Below, piece after piece: positions 50,525 to 63,166 of a stretch of 64,000 bases of DNA. The DNA is taken from assembly GCA_010093705.1 (NCBI GenBank), contig MU006098.1, forward strand, positions 634,666 through 698,665. Direction: 5' to 3'. Position 1 is the first letter of the stretch; the number at the start of each line of letters is the position of its first letter. A program made the translations under genes and the position numbers. The notes beneath the pieces were generated by a model. The model worked only from the letters and a program-made list of their open reading frames with translations. It made no database searches and was not told the origin of the DNA. The DNA is from Patellaria atrata CBS 101060 (taxonomy: Eukaryota).

Positions 50525-51745
50525 TTACGTATCTTTCTTCATATACTCCAGCTTCCCGTCCTTGGTACTGAACTTCATCACAGTCGGACATCTGCGACAG
50601 TCCTCTCTAAGCCTTCCATGCTCACACCGACCCAATTCTTCACTCTCCACGCTCCTAGTTCCCCGGGCCTGTGCAGGTTCACCCTCTTTCTCCTTGACTA
50701 CGGAGGGAGTAGACGGTACAGCTGCTGCGACACGACCAGATGACACAGTTTCGTCGAGAGCCGACGTAGAGGCGGCGGCAGACTGAGCGCGCTGCGTCTT
50801 CGCTGTACGAGGAGCTGGAGGAGATTTGACCTGCACAGTCTTCGCACCCTTCCCTTTGGAACTCTTGCCTTTCTGCTGTGCGGGTGCAACGGTGGAAGCA
50901 CGGGGCTTTGCAACAGGATTTTTTATCTTCCATTGCCGTACCTCTCTTTCACATTCGCAGTCGCCATCGGTGTTGATGGCGGGCTCATCGCCCGGGAGGT
51001 CGCGAGACACGGTACCGGCTTCTGCAGACGCATACGCAGAGGTCGCGCCTGCAATTTCGCTCTGTGAAAAGCGATCCGTGTCGCCAATCTGGGGTTGCGA
51101 CCTCGCGACTTTCGTCACCCTACTGCTCTGCTCTGCGCCAGTGTCAAGTCCCCGTTTTCCGAGCGCACGGGGAGCTGGGGCGCGCTCTTCACCAGACTCT
51201 TCTTCACACTCAGATTCGGTGTCCGTTTTGTCACGATCTTCTTCGCCCTCTGTATCCCCATTCGGGTTCATGTCGCGCCATGTGAAAGTACCAGCAGAGG
51301 GACTGATAGTCGGAGATCGCTCGCGCAGGTAGCTGTTCCAGGCCCTCCATATCCGAAAAGGAGTCAACCCCATAGAACGGCCGTCACAAGCGAACTCCTC
51401 GTACGTCAATGGTTCTGGTGATGATGGTAATTCTAGAATACTGGGCGAGACTGCCGCTTCTGGCCCCGTACCGGAACCCGGGGACAAGTTGAGGGTGTGT
51501 CCCTGGTTGTCAAGGAAACTATCGATTCTGTGCTTGATAGAGCTTTGCGAACCTGGATACTGGGCTGTTGACCCTTGGTTCGATAGGGTCAACAGTGAGC
51601 CTACAGCCAGAGCCTGCTCAATAGCTGTTTCACTTTGCTGAGCACGCTTTTGTAATTCAACCGCCAAGCATAATGCCTCAAGGTTCGATTCGTCTTCGGA
51701 GGAACCTTGGGCGCTGGGGAAGGAATTCTGGAGTGTCATGTTCAT
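50525..51745 (-). CDS. Low-complexity hypothetical protein with a C-terminal CEHG-x5-CRRC motif
   Basis: Open frame of about 400 codons, first ATG at 51745 (the 5' end is uncertain). Ser/Ala/Glu-rich. Confidence 0.6.
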   Translation of the reverse strand: MNMTLQNSFPSAQGSSEDESNLEALCLAVELQKRAQQSETAIEQALAVGSLLTLSNQGSTAQYPGSQSSIKHRIDSFLDNQGHTLNLSPGSGTGPEAAVSPSILELPSSPEPLTYEEFACDGRSMGLTPFRIWRAWNSYLRERSPTISPSAGTFTWRDMNPNGDTEGEEDRDKTDTESECEEESGEERAPAPRALGKRGLDTGAEQSSRVTKVARSQPQIGDTDRFSQSEIAGATSAYASAEAGTVSRDLPGDEPAINTDGDCECEREVRQWKIKNPVAKPRASTVAPAQQKGKSSKGKGAKTVQVKSPPAPRTAKTQRAQSAAASTSALDETVSSGRVAAAVPSTPSVVKEKEGEPAQARGTRSVESEELGRCEHGRLREDCRRCPTVMKFSTKDGKLEYMKKDT

Positions 51746-52773
51746 ACTGTGTGTACAATTAGTTTTGTAATTTGCCAAAATGATCTAATGAGACCAGAAG
51801 CGAAAAGGTAGGAATCCCGAGTAATCGGTAGTTTACACATCTGTACGGAAACATGAAACAAGACCAACAGTGTAGTAACAAAATGTGTCAGGTCGTACGC
51901 TTTGTGGTCATTGTGTCATAAGGGATGTTGGATCAAGACAATCGGACAGTATAAATACAAGAAAGTACGCTACAAACAGTAGCGATTATCGTCACAGATA
52001 GAGCGATCCATGATACAACGGGTGTTGATACGCGCTGATTCTCATCTGCGTAGTATACAAGCGTATGGTATACACCTGGGAAGAGTTTGGGATGATATGG
52101 AACGGAATGGGCATGAGGGTAGGAAGAATCTAGCACTTCTTTCTGCTGAGACGTACTTTTGCAATGTGTAGTATATTTGCGCTGAAAAATCACCGTACTG
52201 TACAGACTCAAACACTTATATGTCCCGTATGTAGACAAAAGCTGTTGCGATGTAAAAGCGAAAAGAATTAATCTGTTGAAGTAATATAGAAGGGAAATCA
52301 GTTATGGAAAGAGCGTTCAGGATCGTAAGTTATTCAATGAATAGCTAAGGCAGGCGGTCCTGCAAAAATTGGAATTGATGGAAGAATAGATATCTGAACA
52401 AGTACAATGAAGATACAAGTAGAGTAGAATTGGAGGTAGGAATATACGAGAGCTTTAAATAATAGTTGATTGGATGCTGCAGATTGACTGGTCAGAATCG
52501 AAATCTGGCCTTGGGAAGCTTTTTGGATGGAAACTACCCCTAAGTCATGAGTATCCAAATTTAGGCGTTTACCAGCATTAGTCGATTGGATACTTCCTTG
52601 GTAGACATTGAAAGACCTGTCCCTTAAATAGATGGACGGAGGGGAGTGCCATTGATTTAATATTTGACTAGTTAAAATAATCAAGAGTGGTGTAGAAGAA
52701 CCGATGGCGCTTGAACATTTACAGACGTCAAAACCAGATCGCCCAAAGTTCTTACGATGACTCCACTTTGATA

Positions 52774-54270
52774 TTAGCTCACTGTGGTCTGAATTTTCTC
52801 TTCTGGTTCTGGTATTGCCGCAACCGGGCCGTCTATTGGGGCCTCCCTCATTTTCCTCCAAAGCGCCAGGAAGCCCCCTCCAACTATCCTCTCACCAACT
52901 TTGGGTCGACAGACCATGGACCAGTTTTCATCACGGTTGGTTTCTCCTGATGCGGGCTTGGGATTTAGGGAAGGTGCCTCTGAATCGCTGTGGTTCGCCG
53001 TATCATCTTCAACAGAGGTAAATGTTTTCTTTTCAGCTTCTTTATTCATTGCAGCCCTTGGTCTCACTGCTCGAACGTCCCACTGTCTCGCGTTAACACT
53101 AGATCCTAATTCGACCACCTGGTCCATCGCTAATGGGAGCTTTTTACGGCGGATGAGCTCAACACACTCGCTAATCTGTGAGATACTCGGTGCAAATACA
53201 GCCACAAAACCATCGATCCGGACCGCTTCCGACACGGACTTGAGATGGGACTCTGCTGAAGGTAGATCGAGGAATGCATGAGTAAGGAAGGGAGATAAAT
53301 CTTGGCGACGTAAAAATTGCTCTTCCACCCATTCGGATACATCTCCGACGTTGAATTCTACGTTTCTTCTATACATGCCACGTCGAAAACCTCCAACAAT
53401 CTTGCACGCATGTTGACTATATTTTTCTGATACGTCAAGTGTATGAATGACAGCTCTCCGATCTTGTTTCCAGGTTTCCAGAAGTTTCCCTTCCGCAATA
53501 TGTCGCTCGACATCATTTTTCGCATCGTCAACAAGCTTAATCTCAGGGGAATCCGAAGCGCTCATCGGTGAGTTGTACTCTAGAGTATCTCTAGATGCAG
53601 CAGGTGGGAGAGGTGGGTTAGCTGCGTGGACTGCCCGTGCTAGATGGAGAGTCAACGCTCCATGCCCTGTTCCCGCTTCCAGGATTTCCAGGCATGGTTC
53701 TCCCGTATTCAAGTCTGTTGGGGGATCAACATGGATGTCCAATAATGAGACTATCAAGTTGGCATCTCCCGGGTATATCTATTATGATATATTAGTTCCT
53801 GTAGCTGTACAACTGCATCACGTATTTAAAGGGTTAACGAACGGGAGTGACGAGACGCGGTGTCAGCCGAACATACTCTGCTAATGTAGGCTTGTGAATC
53901 CGATAAACAGCTCCCTTATTCGAGGTCACCACATCGCGAATGCGCTTGTTAATGATTGAGTCGTGACTGATGATACCACGATGGGTTTGGATGGTTTTTG
54001 ATGCTTTCAAAGGTTTTGTGAGAATCCCACCATCGGTCGCGTCTAGCTTATATTTCAGAAGGACGATATCACCCTCTGAGTTTCGTGCTCTATTAGTGAT
54101 ACGTCTCCCAATTGCTGTACGGTAGCGATCTTTTTGATGTCATTCGTACCTGAGAATGTACTCTCCGCCGAGAATCTCCTAAGACACTGGCCATAAACAA
54201 TGAGTCGCAGAGAGGATCCCTTTGAAGATCTAGCGAAATGCCCTACAAAGACAGATAGAACTTGCTGCAT
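52774..54270 (-). CDS. tRNA (adenine58-N1)-methyltransferase catalytic subunit, GCD14/TRM61 family, probably mitochondrial
   Basis: VTP|IYPGDANLIVSLLDI, SAM motif ILEAGTGHGALT, FLDLP and FAPSISQI. The Arg/Ser-rich N-terminus resembles a mitochondrial presequence. Two introns. Confidence 0.85.
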
Positions 54271-54620
54271 AGGGCAATTGTGTTTCTATTATGGATATCG
54301 GAGGTGGTTGGGGTCGATATTCAGGGATAGGCCGACGAATCCGGGGAAAGCTGCAAAAGACGGGAAGATCGGCATTTGCAGGGGGGCCTCTCTAGAACTA
54401 GAGGGCTTTATGGAAGGACACCGATCACGAAGTGAAATCGTATTCTCTATTCTTTACTCCTTTCACACCATGGGACTATAATCGACGTAGGTAATCCTAA
54501 AAGGCATCTACGGAACTCGGTCATGAAATGAACCGCTTTTCTCTTTGTTCCCACTACAGCCTAATATCACCCGTCCCTCTTCCACAGATTTACAGATGAA
54601 CAGGCAGAGATCAAGGCAAG

Positions 54621-56368
54621 ATGACAAGAAGGATTGTATGAGATATTTTCCCCTTGAGTAAGTAGTTATATACTGATATATCATTCAGGTACGGACGAGT
54701 ATTCAGCTCGGTAGCTTAATTTTCATCATCCTCCTCTTTGTCTTTCTCCTTGATAATCGATATCGTGTACTCCCCGCGACTATCCACAATCATCTTCCAG
54801 CGCATCATCCCGGCTTTGTTATCACAGATGTGACGGTCAAAAAATGCTCCTCGCTCAATCCTATATCAAGCTGCCGACTTGATCCCGACAAGTGGCACCG
54901 CGTTGAAAAGGATCTCTATTTAGGTTCAGGATGGGTATCTAAGGCGTACGTCCACATCAAAAGGAAGAAAGAGGAAGAGTTGGTAGAAGGAGACAAGGTT
55001 ATTATGGACGTCAGAGTAGGGAAACTGGATCCTGCAATGGGGGAGAAAGGTCAGGAGTCAGAAAAATGGGAATCGCGACCGGCTGGGATTTGGCTAAAAC
55101 GATCTGCCAAGCATCATGACCGCGATTCAAAAAGTGTCGTTACGGCTTTGGACGTCCTGTTTGGCCCAGATGCGGTCGAACCACGTTCAGGATGGAGGTT
55201 AATAGAGAACTCCCTACTACTGGACACCAGCGCAGAAGCCCAGGAGGTACGCATAAGCATTAGGCAAGGCCAACCGCATAAAATTGAGAAGCATGTACCT
55301 AAAGTAAGAGATGATGGACGTTTTAAGATCATGCAAGCAGCAGATTTGCATCTAAGTACTGGACTAGGTACATGTCGGGATCCGGAACCCAAAGGTCACA
55401 ATGGTGGTCGTTGCGATGCGGATGTGCGAACTCTTGACTTTGTTGGTAAGCTTCTTGATGAAGAAAAGCCAGACCTTGTCATCCTTTCTGGAGACCAAGT
55501 AAATGGTGAAACAGCGCCCGATGCGCAAAGCGTACGTCTCACTCTTTAGCCCCGATACTCATACTGACTTTTCTAGGCCGTTTTTAAATTTGCCGAACTC
55601 TTCATCAAGCGTTCAATACCCTACGCTGTCATCTTCGGCAATCACGACGACGAAGGGTCATTGACCCGCTCTAGTATGATGTCTCTAATCGCATCGCTCC
55701 CGTATTCACTGTCCGAAGCTGGAACAAATACCATTGACGGTATTGGAAACTATTACATCGAGGTACTCGCACGTGGCAAATCGCAGCATTCTGCTCTGAC
55801 CCTCTACCTTCTTGATACTCACGGCTACTCGCCTGACGAGCGGCAATTCAAAGGTTATGACTGGATCAAACCCAACCAAATCAAGTGGTTTGAAGATACT
55901 GCCAAAAGTCTCAAAACGGCGCACAAACACTACACCCACATCCACCTTGATATGGCTTTCATCCACATTCCTCTACCCGAATATTCTAATCGCAATCTGA
56001 AATTTGTTGGGAACTGGAAAGAAGGTGTGACAGCTCCAGGGTTCAACACACATTTTCACGATGCGCTAGTCGCTGCAAACATTCCCGTTGTTTCTTGTGG
56101 ACACGATCACGTGAATGAATATTGCATGCTATCTACTGAAGATGGGACTAAGGAAGGTCATCCTAAGCTATGGATGTGCTATGGTGGCGCCGCAGGTTTT
56201 GGCGGCTATGGGGGCTACGGGGGGTACCATCGTCGGATGCGGTTTTTCGAAATAGATACCAATGAAGCACGAATCACGACCTGGAAGAGGCTTGAATGGG
56301 GAGAGACCAACAAGAGGATTGATGAACAGATCATCGTGGATGGGGGAAATGTTGTCGATAGGACATAA
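54621..56368 (+). CDS. DCR2: DCR2-like calcineurin-type metallophosphoesterase
   Basis: N-terminal TM. Motifs FKIMQAADLH, LSGDQ, FGNHDDE, AFIHIPLPEY, CGHDHVN and GFGGYGGYGGY. Two introns. Confidence 0.88.
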
Positions 56369-56823
56369 ACAGGGCGATGTGAAGAGACTATTTGATCAAT
56401 CATGGATTAACGAGTATACCAAAAGCTTTATACCATCTTGATGATATTAAAGCAAGTGCGTTGAATGGTACAGCAGTGGAAGATATCTGCTTCGGTCCGT
56501 CAATAGGCAACAGGCGTTGGGTGTCGACATCTTCCAATTTGGAAGGTACATGTAAATAGGTACACTTATAACCTTTTTTTGGCGTACAGTCTGATACGAT
56601 ACCACACTTGTAGGAACATCTAGTCCTAACGGAGTCTTTTCCTACCTTTTTCACTTTAAGACCATTACTCGCCTACTGTAAGGGACTTTCGGGTCATAAA
56701 GTTCATACAACAAACCGTATGTGAGGCTTATCTGTACTGATGGAAAGTTTTTTGATACTTCGGGATCAACAGCCTGCCAGTAGTAGTTCAAGAAGCGTAC
56801 TTCATCCTGAGCAAATAGCTCAG

Positions 56824-58122
56824 TCATTTCTTTTCATCGCCTTCTCCGCCATCCACTCGAGCATCTTTACCATCACTTTCCCCTCTCCGCCTCTTCCTGA
56901 GGCCCTTCACCACTGCATCCGTCACATCCTCAACCGTCCTACCCATCTTCCTCTCTCCTGTCTTCTCAGCCCCTAATACGGTATCCTTCGTCACCGTCTC
57001 GTAAACCTTCGCCATATTCTCAAACACCCTTTCCTCCTCCCATCCCGCGCCCTCAAACGTCCTCCCGATCTCGCTCATTTCATCTACCCAGCGATAGGCC
57101 TTCGGCGGCATTCCTACCAGCGATCTCTCCACAGACTCTAGAAGCTTAGGCGTGTAGGCGTGAAGCTCCGATTGCAGAGCGGGGAGAACCTGCAAGGAGT
57201 GCGCAGTGCTAAAGGATTGGATGGCCAAGGCGGTGAGACCCTTGGTGAGAGATGCAAAGCACGACTTTAGACCGCTAGCCGTGCCAATGGAGGGGCATAG
57301 GTGGTACGTGTTGAGAACTACGGCAAGCTCAGAGCCATTCATAGGGGCGGAGGATAGGGGATAAGGGCCGGAAAGGGGTACAGAGGGGCGGGTCCATGCT
57401 TCCGTATTGCTTGAAGAAGCACTGTCAGGCCTCAAACTCGGTGGTGCACCGATGATGCCACCGTCGATTAAGCGGATGGGAAGGTCAGAGAAGCGGTCTG
57501 CGATCGAGTTGATGGTGCGAGGGGAAGTGGCGTTGAGATCGAGGTAGTACAGGGGCTCGTTCGATGTGCGAGGTGTGCGGAGGTTACTGTAAGCGGCCAC
57601 TATTCGTTCAGCTGTTGCAATCGCATCGCGCGGTGGCACGATGGAAAGGATGTAGTCGGAGCGGGTGACCAGTTCGGCATCGGTGGGAACGAGGGTGATC
57701 GATGCGGAAGCGGCGCGGTCTGCGGTGTATCGACTGCAGGTTGTGTTAGAAGGATATTTTCATCGTATGCGAGATATCTTCCCCTTCCCGTTATTCCTCT
57801 CTCACTGCTCACCCTCACGCGAGTCTCCAGCTGTCGTGTACGATGGATCTAAAACGTATGGATGACTTGAAACTGCGCATATAACATGGTCGTACACACA
57901 TCGATGATCGGTTGTGCAGACTGAGGAACTCCAACTTTAATCAAGGGGTGATATGTACGGTACTTCGGAAATTTGAAGAAAAGATGGATGGCTGTACTGT
58001 ACCTACCTTCTACCAGTGACATTTGTCAAGACATTATAATCATGAGCTCTAAGTAGCTTTGCTATCCCAAGACCCATCTCACCAACGGAGAGGATTGATA
58101 TAGTTGCTTTCGATACAGCCAT
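56824..58122 (-). CDS. 6-phosphogluconate dehydrogenase-like NAD(P)-binding protein (DUF1932-type C-terminus)
   Basis: Rossmann start ILSVGEMGLGIA. Motifs YYLDLNATSP, IDGGIIGAPP, ASGLKSCFASLTKG and MPPKAYRWVDEM. One 273-nt intron at 57734-58006. Confidence 0.88.
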
Positions 58123-58509
58123 AGTATGTGTACAAACTTAGAAGATGGTGATTCTGGTGGGGCTGGTTGTCTCAGGCCACGTGTGTGACGATGTCACAGA
58201 TTATCATTTCCTACTTTCCCTTATTAGTAGTAGTCGCGCCGAGGTTCTACCGCTACGTGCTTGATACTAGTAGATCGCGCGACTATAACTTCTTCTTTCC
58301 TTAACTTAATCTCTTTACACTGTAGTTAGGTTATACTAGTTGCAATCCAATTCGATTCTCTACAACCGCTACGCCGTCACAACGTGCATGCTAGCTAGTG
58401 CTTTCAAAATACATAGTTCTACCCATCTATACGTAAAGTTAGATATCCCAAGGGAGAAACTGCCACAACAATACTGGCGTACATAATGGATTTCAGCAGG
58501 TGAACTTTC

Positions 58510-58675
58510 AATTCTGGGGGCAATGGCTGACTGGTGACATTTTCTTTGCCATATTTCTTTCAGTCAATTTCTTACCAGTTAAATTTCCAAGTCTTCAGTT
58601 CGAGCCTCGCGTCCGCCAGAATATAAAGTTAAATGCGTTCGCCGGTTTAACTTTTCTCTTCGGAGGCTTTCTTTT
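58510..58675 (+). ncRNA. Putative Pol III-transcribed structured ncRNA of unknown family, copy 2
   Basis: A box TGGCTGACTGG (58524-58534), B box GTTCGAGCC (58598-58606), closing stem ATTCTGGGGG/CCGCCAGAAT, hairpin AAAGTTAAAT..TTCG..GTTTAACTTT, hairpin TCTC-TTCG-GAGG, then T-tracts. Colinear with the reverse complement of 25032-25176. Confidence 0.68.
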
Positions 58676-59542
58676 GCATTTCTCCCCCCCCGGCCCTTTA
58701 CCTTCTTTTATTTATTATCATCTCAATCCATGCGTGTTGATCAACTTATCTTGTTTCCTAGTGCTGTACTGTACAACCGCTACTCTCTCAGCTTACACCA
58801 ACAAGCAAATTCGAACCTAAGAACAAGATCAAAAATGTTGCCTGGAGTCTGGAGAAACTCAGTAAAACAGACCGTGCGGTATCGGCATACCGTCGTTCTA
58901 GTTCCAAGCCGGCACTGCCGGAATCCGGCTCGCTAGAACTAGGTCTAAAGTTGAACTATACCCTAGTTCTTAGGTCACCTTGCATGTTTTTCAACAAAAT
59001 TATCAACAAACCGGTACTCGGGACTTTAGACTATATAGTTCTGCTAGGTAGTTCCATACTTTCCATCCGTTCCTCTGCGGTAAAAGGGAAAATCATAGTT
59101 CGAATTACCAGTGCGTTCCCCATATCACCAATTTTCTTCTATTCTCCCATTTCTACCTTTATACCTCCAACATAGCGAAAAATTCCCATTTGAGGGCTCA
59201 TTAGATTCAAAGTGAGTTTCATTCTTTCCTAATAATTGTGATTAGTGACCTTAAGACCTCCCCGATGGAGCATTCTGCATTTTATTGAGGTTCCGCGCTC
59301 AGTCTCAAAGGAATCTCCAACTTTTCTGTACAGGAGAGATTAATACGTTCAAAGATTTTCCAACTGCGCAGTGGACTCACCGTATGGATCTGCTAACTGT
59401 ACGGTCGCCTTGAGCGGGTCTCCAACATTCCTGGATCAAAACAACGACAATATACGAGGGACGCACAAGCGTAACTCAACAGAGTTATTCGAATAGCGTA
59501 TAGAGGCAAAGGAACGCGAATATTCCAGTACAGAATATAGCT

Positions 59543-61136
59543 ATGCTTTCTATTTATGCTCTTAGTATCCCCGAAATTCTCTCTTGCATTTTCGAGCAAG
59601 TACTGCAGATCACATCTCCAGATCAATCCTAGCCTAGTACTGCGATTACATTCAGGTCACAGTCTCATCCTATCTTAAACTGTGCACTGGTCAATAAATT
59701 ATGGTCTCAAGAAGCGCTCAGAGTTCTTTCGAGCCTGAATACATCTCTACCAGGAAGTAAATTGATACCCTTGGACAATATCGAAAGCTACCAGAAATTA
59801 GCGAGGAGAATTCGACGATTGAATATTTTAGACCCGGAAGATTTCTCTACGAAACTCACTTTCGATGTGAGAAGCCTTGACCTTCCTCTATTGACCTGCC
59901 TCGGGTTCCATCTGAAACTAGTCAAAGATGATGCCAACATGCGAGCGTTCATATCGTGGCTATCACGAGTTGGTACCAACATCACCGAGTTAAAATTTTG
60001 GAACGACCTTCTACCTATAAGTCTCAACCGTCCTCCTACACTAAAACATGTTCTTAATCACATTCCTGGGAGCTGTCCACGGCTAGAGACCTTGCGAGTC
60101 CCGAATGAAGCTGAAGTAAACATCGAACAATTTCGGGATTTCTTTTCTGAGGCTCATTATCTCAAATGCATTTCAATCGGAGACTATCCCATTGCGGAGC
60201 CAATTCTTACAGCTTTAACCCTCCAGAGGCGAACTGAACCCAACTATCTATCATGTCCACTATGTCTAGCCTTCCCCTATTCGACCTCGGCTTCAATCCC
60301 TCCCTGGACATACTCTTCAATAATATTGTTAACCTTTTAATCACCTGCAATAATTACACATTTACCCTAATGTCTTCGTATCTATCTAATCTTCAGTATC
60401 TTACTTTTCACCTCCTTCAGGCCCGATATAACTCCCTTGGCCGTCTGTTCTCCCATTTGACCCACTTACGTCGTTTACAAACCCTCACCTTATCCTGTGC
60501 ACGCGCGTACTGACCCAGAGGTCATTCTTAGTGATTCCAATCTTTTCAGCTTAACGAAGCTCAACAATTTGCGTGTCCTCTCCATTAAATCTGCTTATAT
60601 TGTCCGTATAGCCTTTATCTCAGTCGACATGTGCGACGCGCACCTTAATTCCCTAGCATCGGAGCTTCCTAATCTCAATGCGTTGGAACTTCCCCCCGAG
60701 GTAACAATTCCTAAGTTAAGTAATGACACACTTTTAAGCTTAAGCAGGGGTTGAGAGACTGCGAATCAAAAGCAACTTTGATCTTCTTTTCTTGCCTCTC
60801 GATCAGCCATGTCTTTTCCCCAAGCTGATACAAATTTGCATTCAACCCTTCGTCAGCAACTACCGGGAAAATCCCGTCCGAAATGTTATAGATGTACTAA
60901 ACCACCACTTCGCGCGGGTTAGAGTGTTAGAACTCTGGGAACCGGATCGCAGGACTAAATGTTCGGTTCCAGGGAGGGCATTCGAACCCCCTTGGACGAG
61001 GACACTCGTTGAGGAACTATTTGTGCCATTTTCAGGTCGAAAAAATGAAACGAAGAATATATCAGCGATGCGTAACTCACCATCGTATGGCGTCTTCAGG
61101 TATGCTCCGCGCGTAGCAGATGTGAGCAGAGCTTGA
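59543..61136 (+). pseudogene. F-box plus leucine-rich-repeat (RNI-like) pseudogene
   Basis: F-box IPEILSCIFEQV..LNCALVNKLWSQEALRVL has an in-frame TAG at 59630. LRR-like segments (CPRLETLRV, LRRLQTLTL, LNNLRVLSI, LPNLNALEL) are spread over three frame switches with no plausible introns. Confidence 0.75.
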
Positions 61137-62499
61137 AAGGAGAATATAACGAGGGAAGGTGTTGACAGAGCGATATCTCCTCCTATGTCATTGTTAGCAT
61201 TCTTCGGCCTTCGTCAAGGTTACAGTTTATGTTCTGGTCCGCTGTCAGTTTCAAAGTATTCATAAGCACTCAATTACCGGGGCGGTTAGAGCCACTTATG
61301 TGGGTTTCACTATCTCGATTGAGTAAAGTCGATGATTCTCGGGACATCGGGCATATAGCATCTGAAGAATGTCAGATTAGGGAGTAGATATATAACAGAT
61401 TCTGCCAGTCACGAGTATTCAAGTCCGCATGAGAGGAGGAACGAGTTAGATAAATTGCAAGAAGTTCAATATACGTTAAAGCGGCCAAACTTTTGTATCA
61501 CCTATCACCTGTTGATGTTAACCGACATACTTCCGTATTAGAGAAATACAACTTCTTTCGGCTACTTGAGTCATACTATCTCATTATAATGGCTTTTAAG
61601 AATTGTCCGAAGAGGTTTTTCTTGCGCAAGTTTCCAATGACTATTCCGAGCAGTTGGTTTCGTCAAAAGTAGTTCCTCATAAGACCCTAACGTACCTAAT
61701 AAGGGCTAGATTGAGTTTCGAATGGAATTTCAATTACACTACAGCGTTTGACTAGTAACTTTACAACCCATATGGAGCTGGAGGCTGCACTCCAGAAGAG
61801 GATAGTTGCGTAGATTTACCGATGACCTTACGGAATCGGCCTCACCGTGTCAACAATATTGCACCGCTAAAGCAGCCACGTAAGGAACTGATTCGACAAC
61901 CTTCCATATCCCTGTGTGGTGATTGAGAGATGCCCGATTCTGGAATTGATATCAAAAGCAGGATACGTCATATAGGCTTTTGTTCGTAAATCTGTTATCC
62001 CTACGCATCCAACTTCCTTTTTGCAATATTCTTGATTATAAATCTAAATGCGAAATGCCGACTGTAGTATTCTTTGTGGTCCTTGACACTAGAGTATTGA
62101 TTCTTGGGACACACCCTAATTAATGTTTCAAGTTAGAAGTTCGGGTTACTGCTCCCTTGTCCATCTCTAATGAAAATTTCCTTTCCTTCCACCGGACACC
62201 GGGAATAATGCGTGAGAACGAACGAGTTTCCCTACCGTCGTTTTACAAACGAAAAGGGCGTAAGTAAATAGGCCTAAATAGCTAATACCCGGTGAATAAA
62301 AGAGCTTTAAGGGACTGTTATTTTAATACCTCCTCCTTACTACATTAACACCCCTCTCTAAAAAGGGGAGGAGACTAACCTAAAGGGGTAGTCAAATAAA
62401 GTATACCTTATATACCTACCCTCTGGTAGGAGGACGCCTTCCATTTTAATATAGATCTTAACGCTTCATCTTCATCTATAGCGGTAGCTTAAATTCATG

Positions 62500-62640
62500 C
62501 TCAGATTCGTACTCAGATTCGTACTCAGATTCGTACTCAGATTTGTGCTTTGATTCGTGGTTAGATACGGCTTTAGATTCGTAAGGTGCTTAGACACATC
62601 TCCAGATACGGCATCAGATACGGCATGGATTCGTGCTTAT
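62500..62640. repeat. Degenerate 12-bp tandem repeat (CTCAGATTCGTA)
   Basis: Three perfect units and one near-perfect unit at 62500-62547, with decayed units to ~62640. Confidence 0.8.
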
Positions 62641-63166
62641 ATAGAAGAATTTAACGGACTTTATTAGTTAAGTTTCAGAGTAGATAATACTTCATAAACG
62701 ACAGCCAATTATAACCTTAATCGTGCAGTCATATTATGAATTCTACACTGGGCTATGTATAGATCTTAGATACCTGCATTACTAAGGTACAACTTGTTCA
62801 GTAATCGAAACTCCCATGCTTTGAAGATACCCCTGATCATCGTGCGGTAAAAGTCTTCCAGATTGGGATTCAATGACTAAGGATGTCAAAGGGCGTACCT
62901 AAAGTTATCAGAAACTTAACAGAACCTCATGATGATTGTCAAAGACAGTCAAAGCGCATAGGTGTATTATTTGTAATAACTCGGTCGAAAGAGAACTCGA
63001 AAGAGCGAGAAATGGAGCGGATAAAAGATAAACTGAGGAGGCCATCCCACTACCAATATTCTCAACAGATAACTTAAACTCTAAGACGACAACAACAACA
63101 CGTTGATTCAGATTCTCAAACACTCTCAACTAACACTCGAACATCACATAATTCTCGAATTCCAAA

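Noticed and set aside
57812..57847. Possible 36-nt poison cassette exon or snoRNA inside the 273-nt intron of the 6PGD-like gene
   Set aside because: No good branch point precedes the putative acceptor, and I found no C/D or H/ACA box pair.
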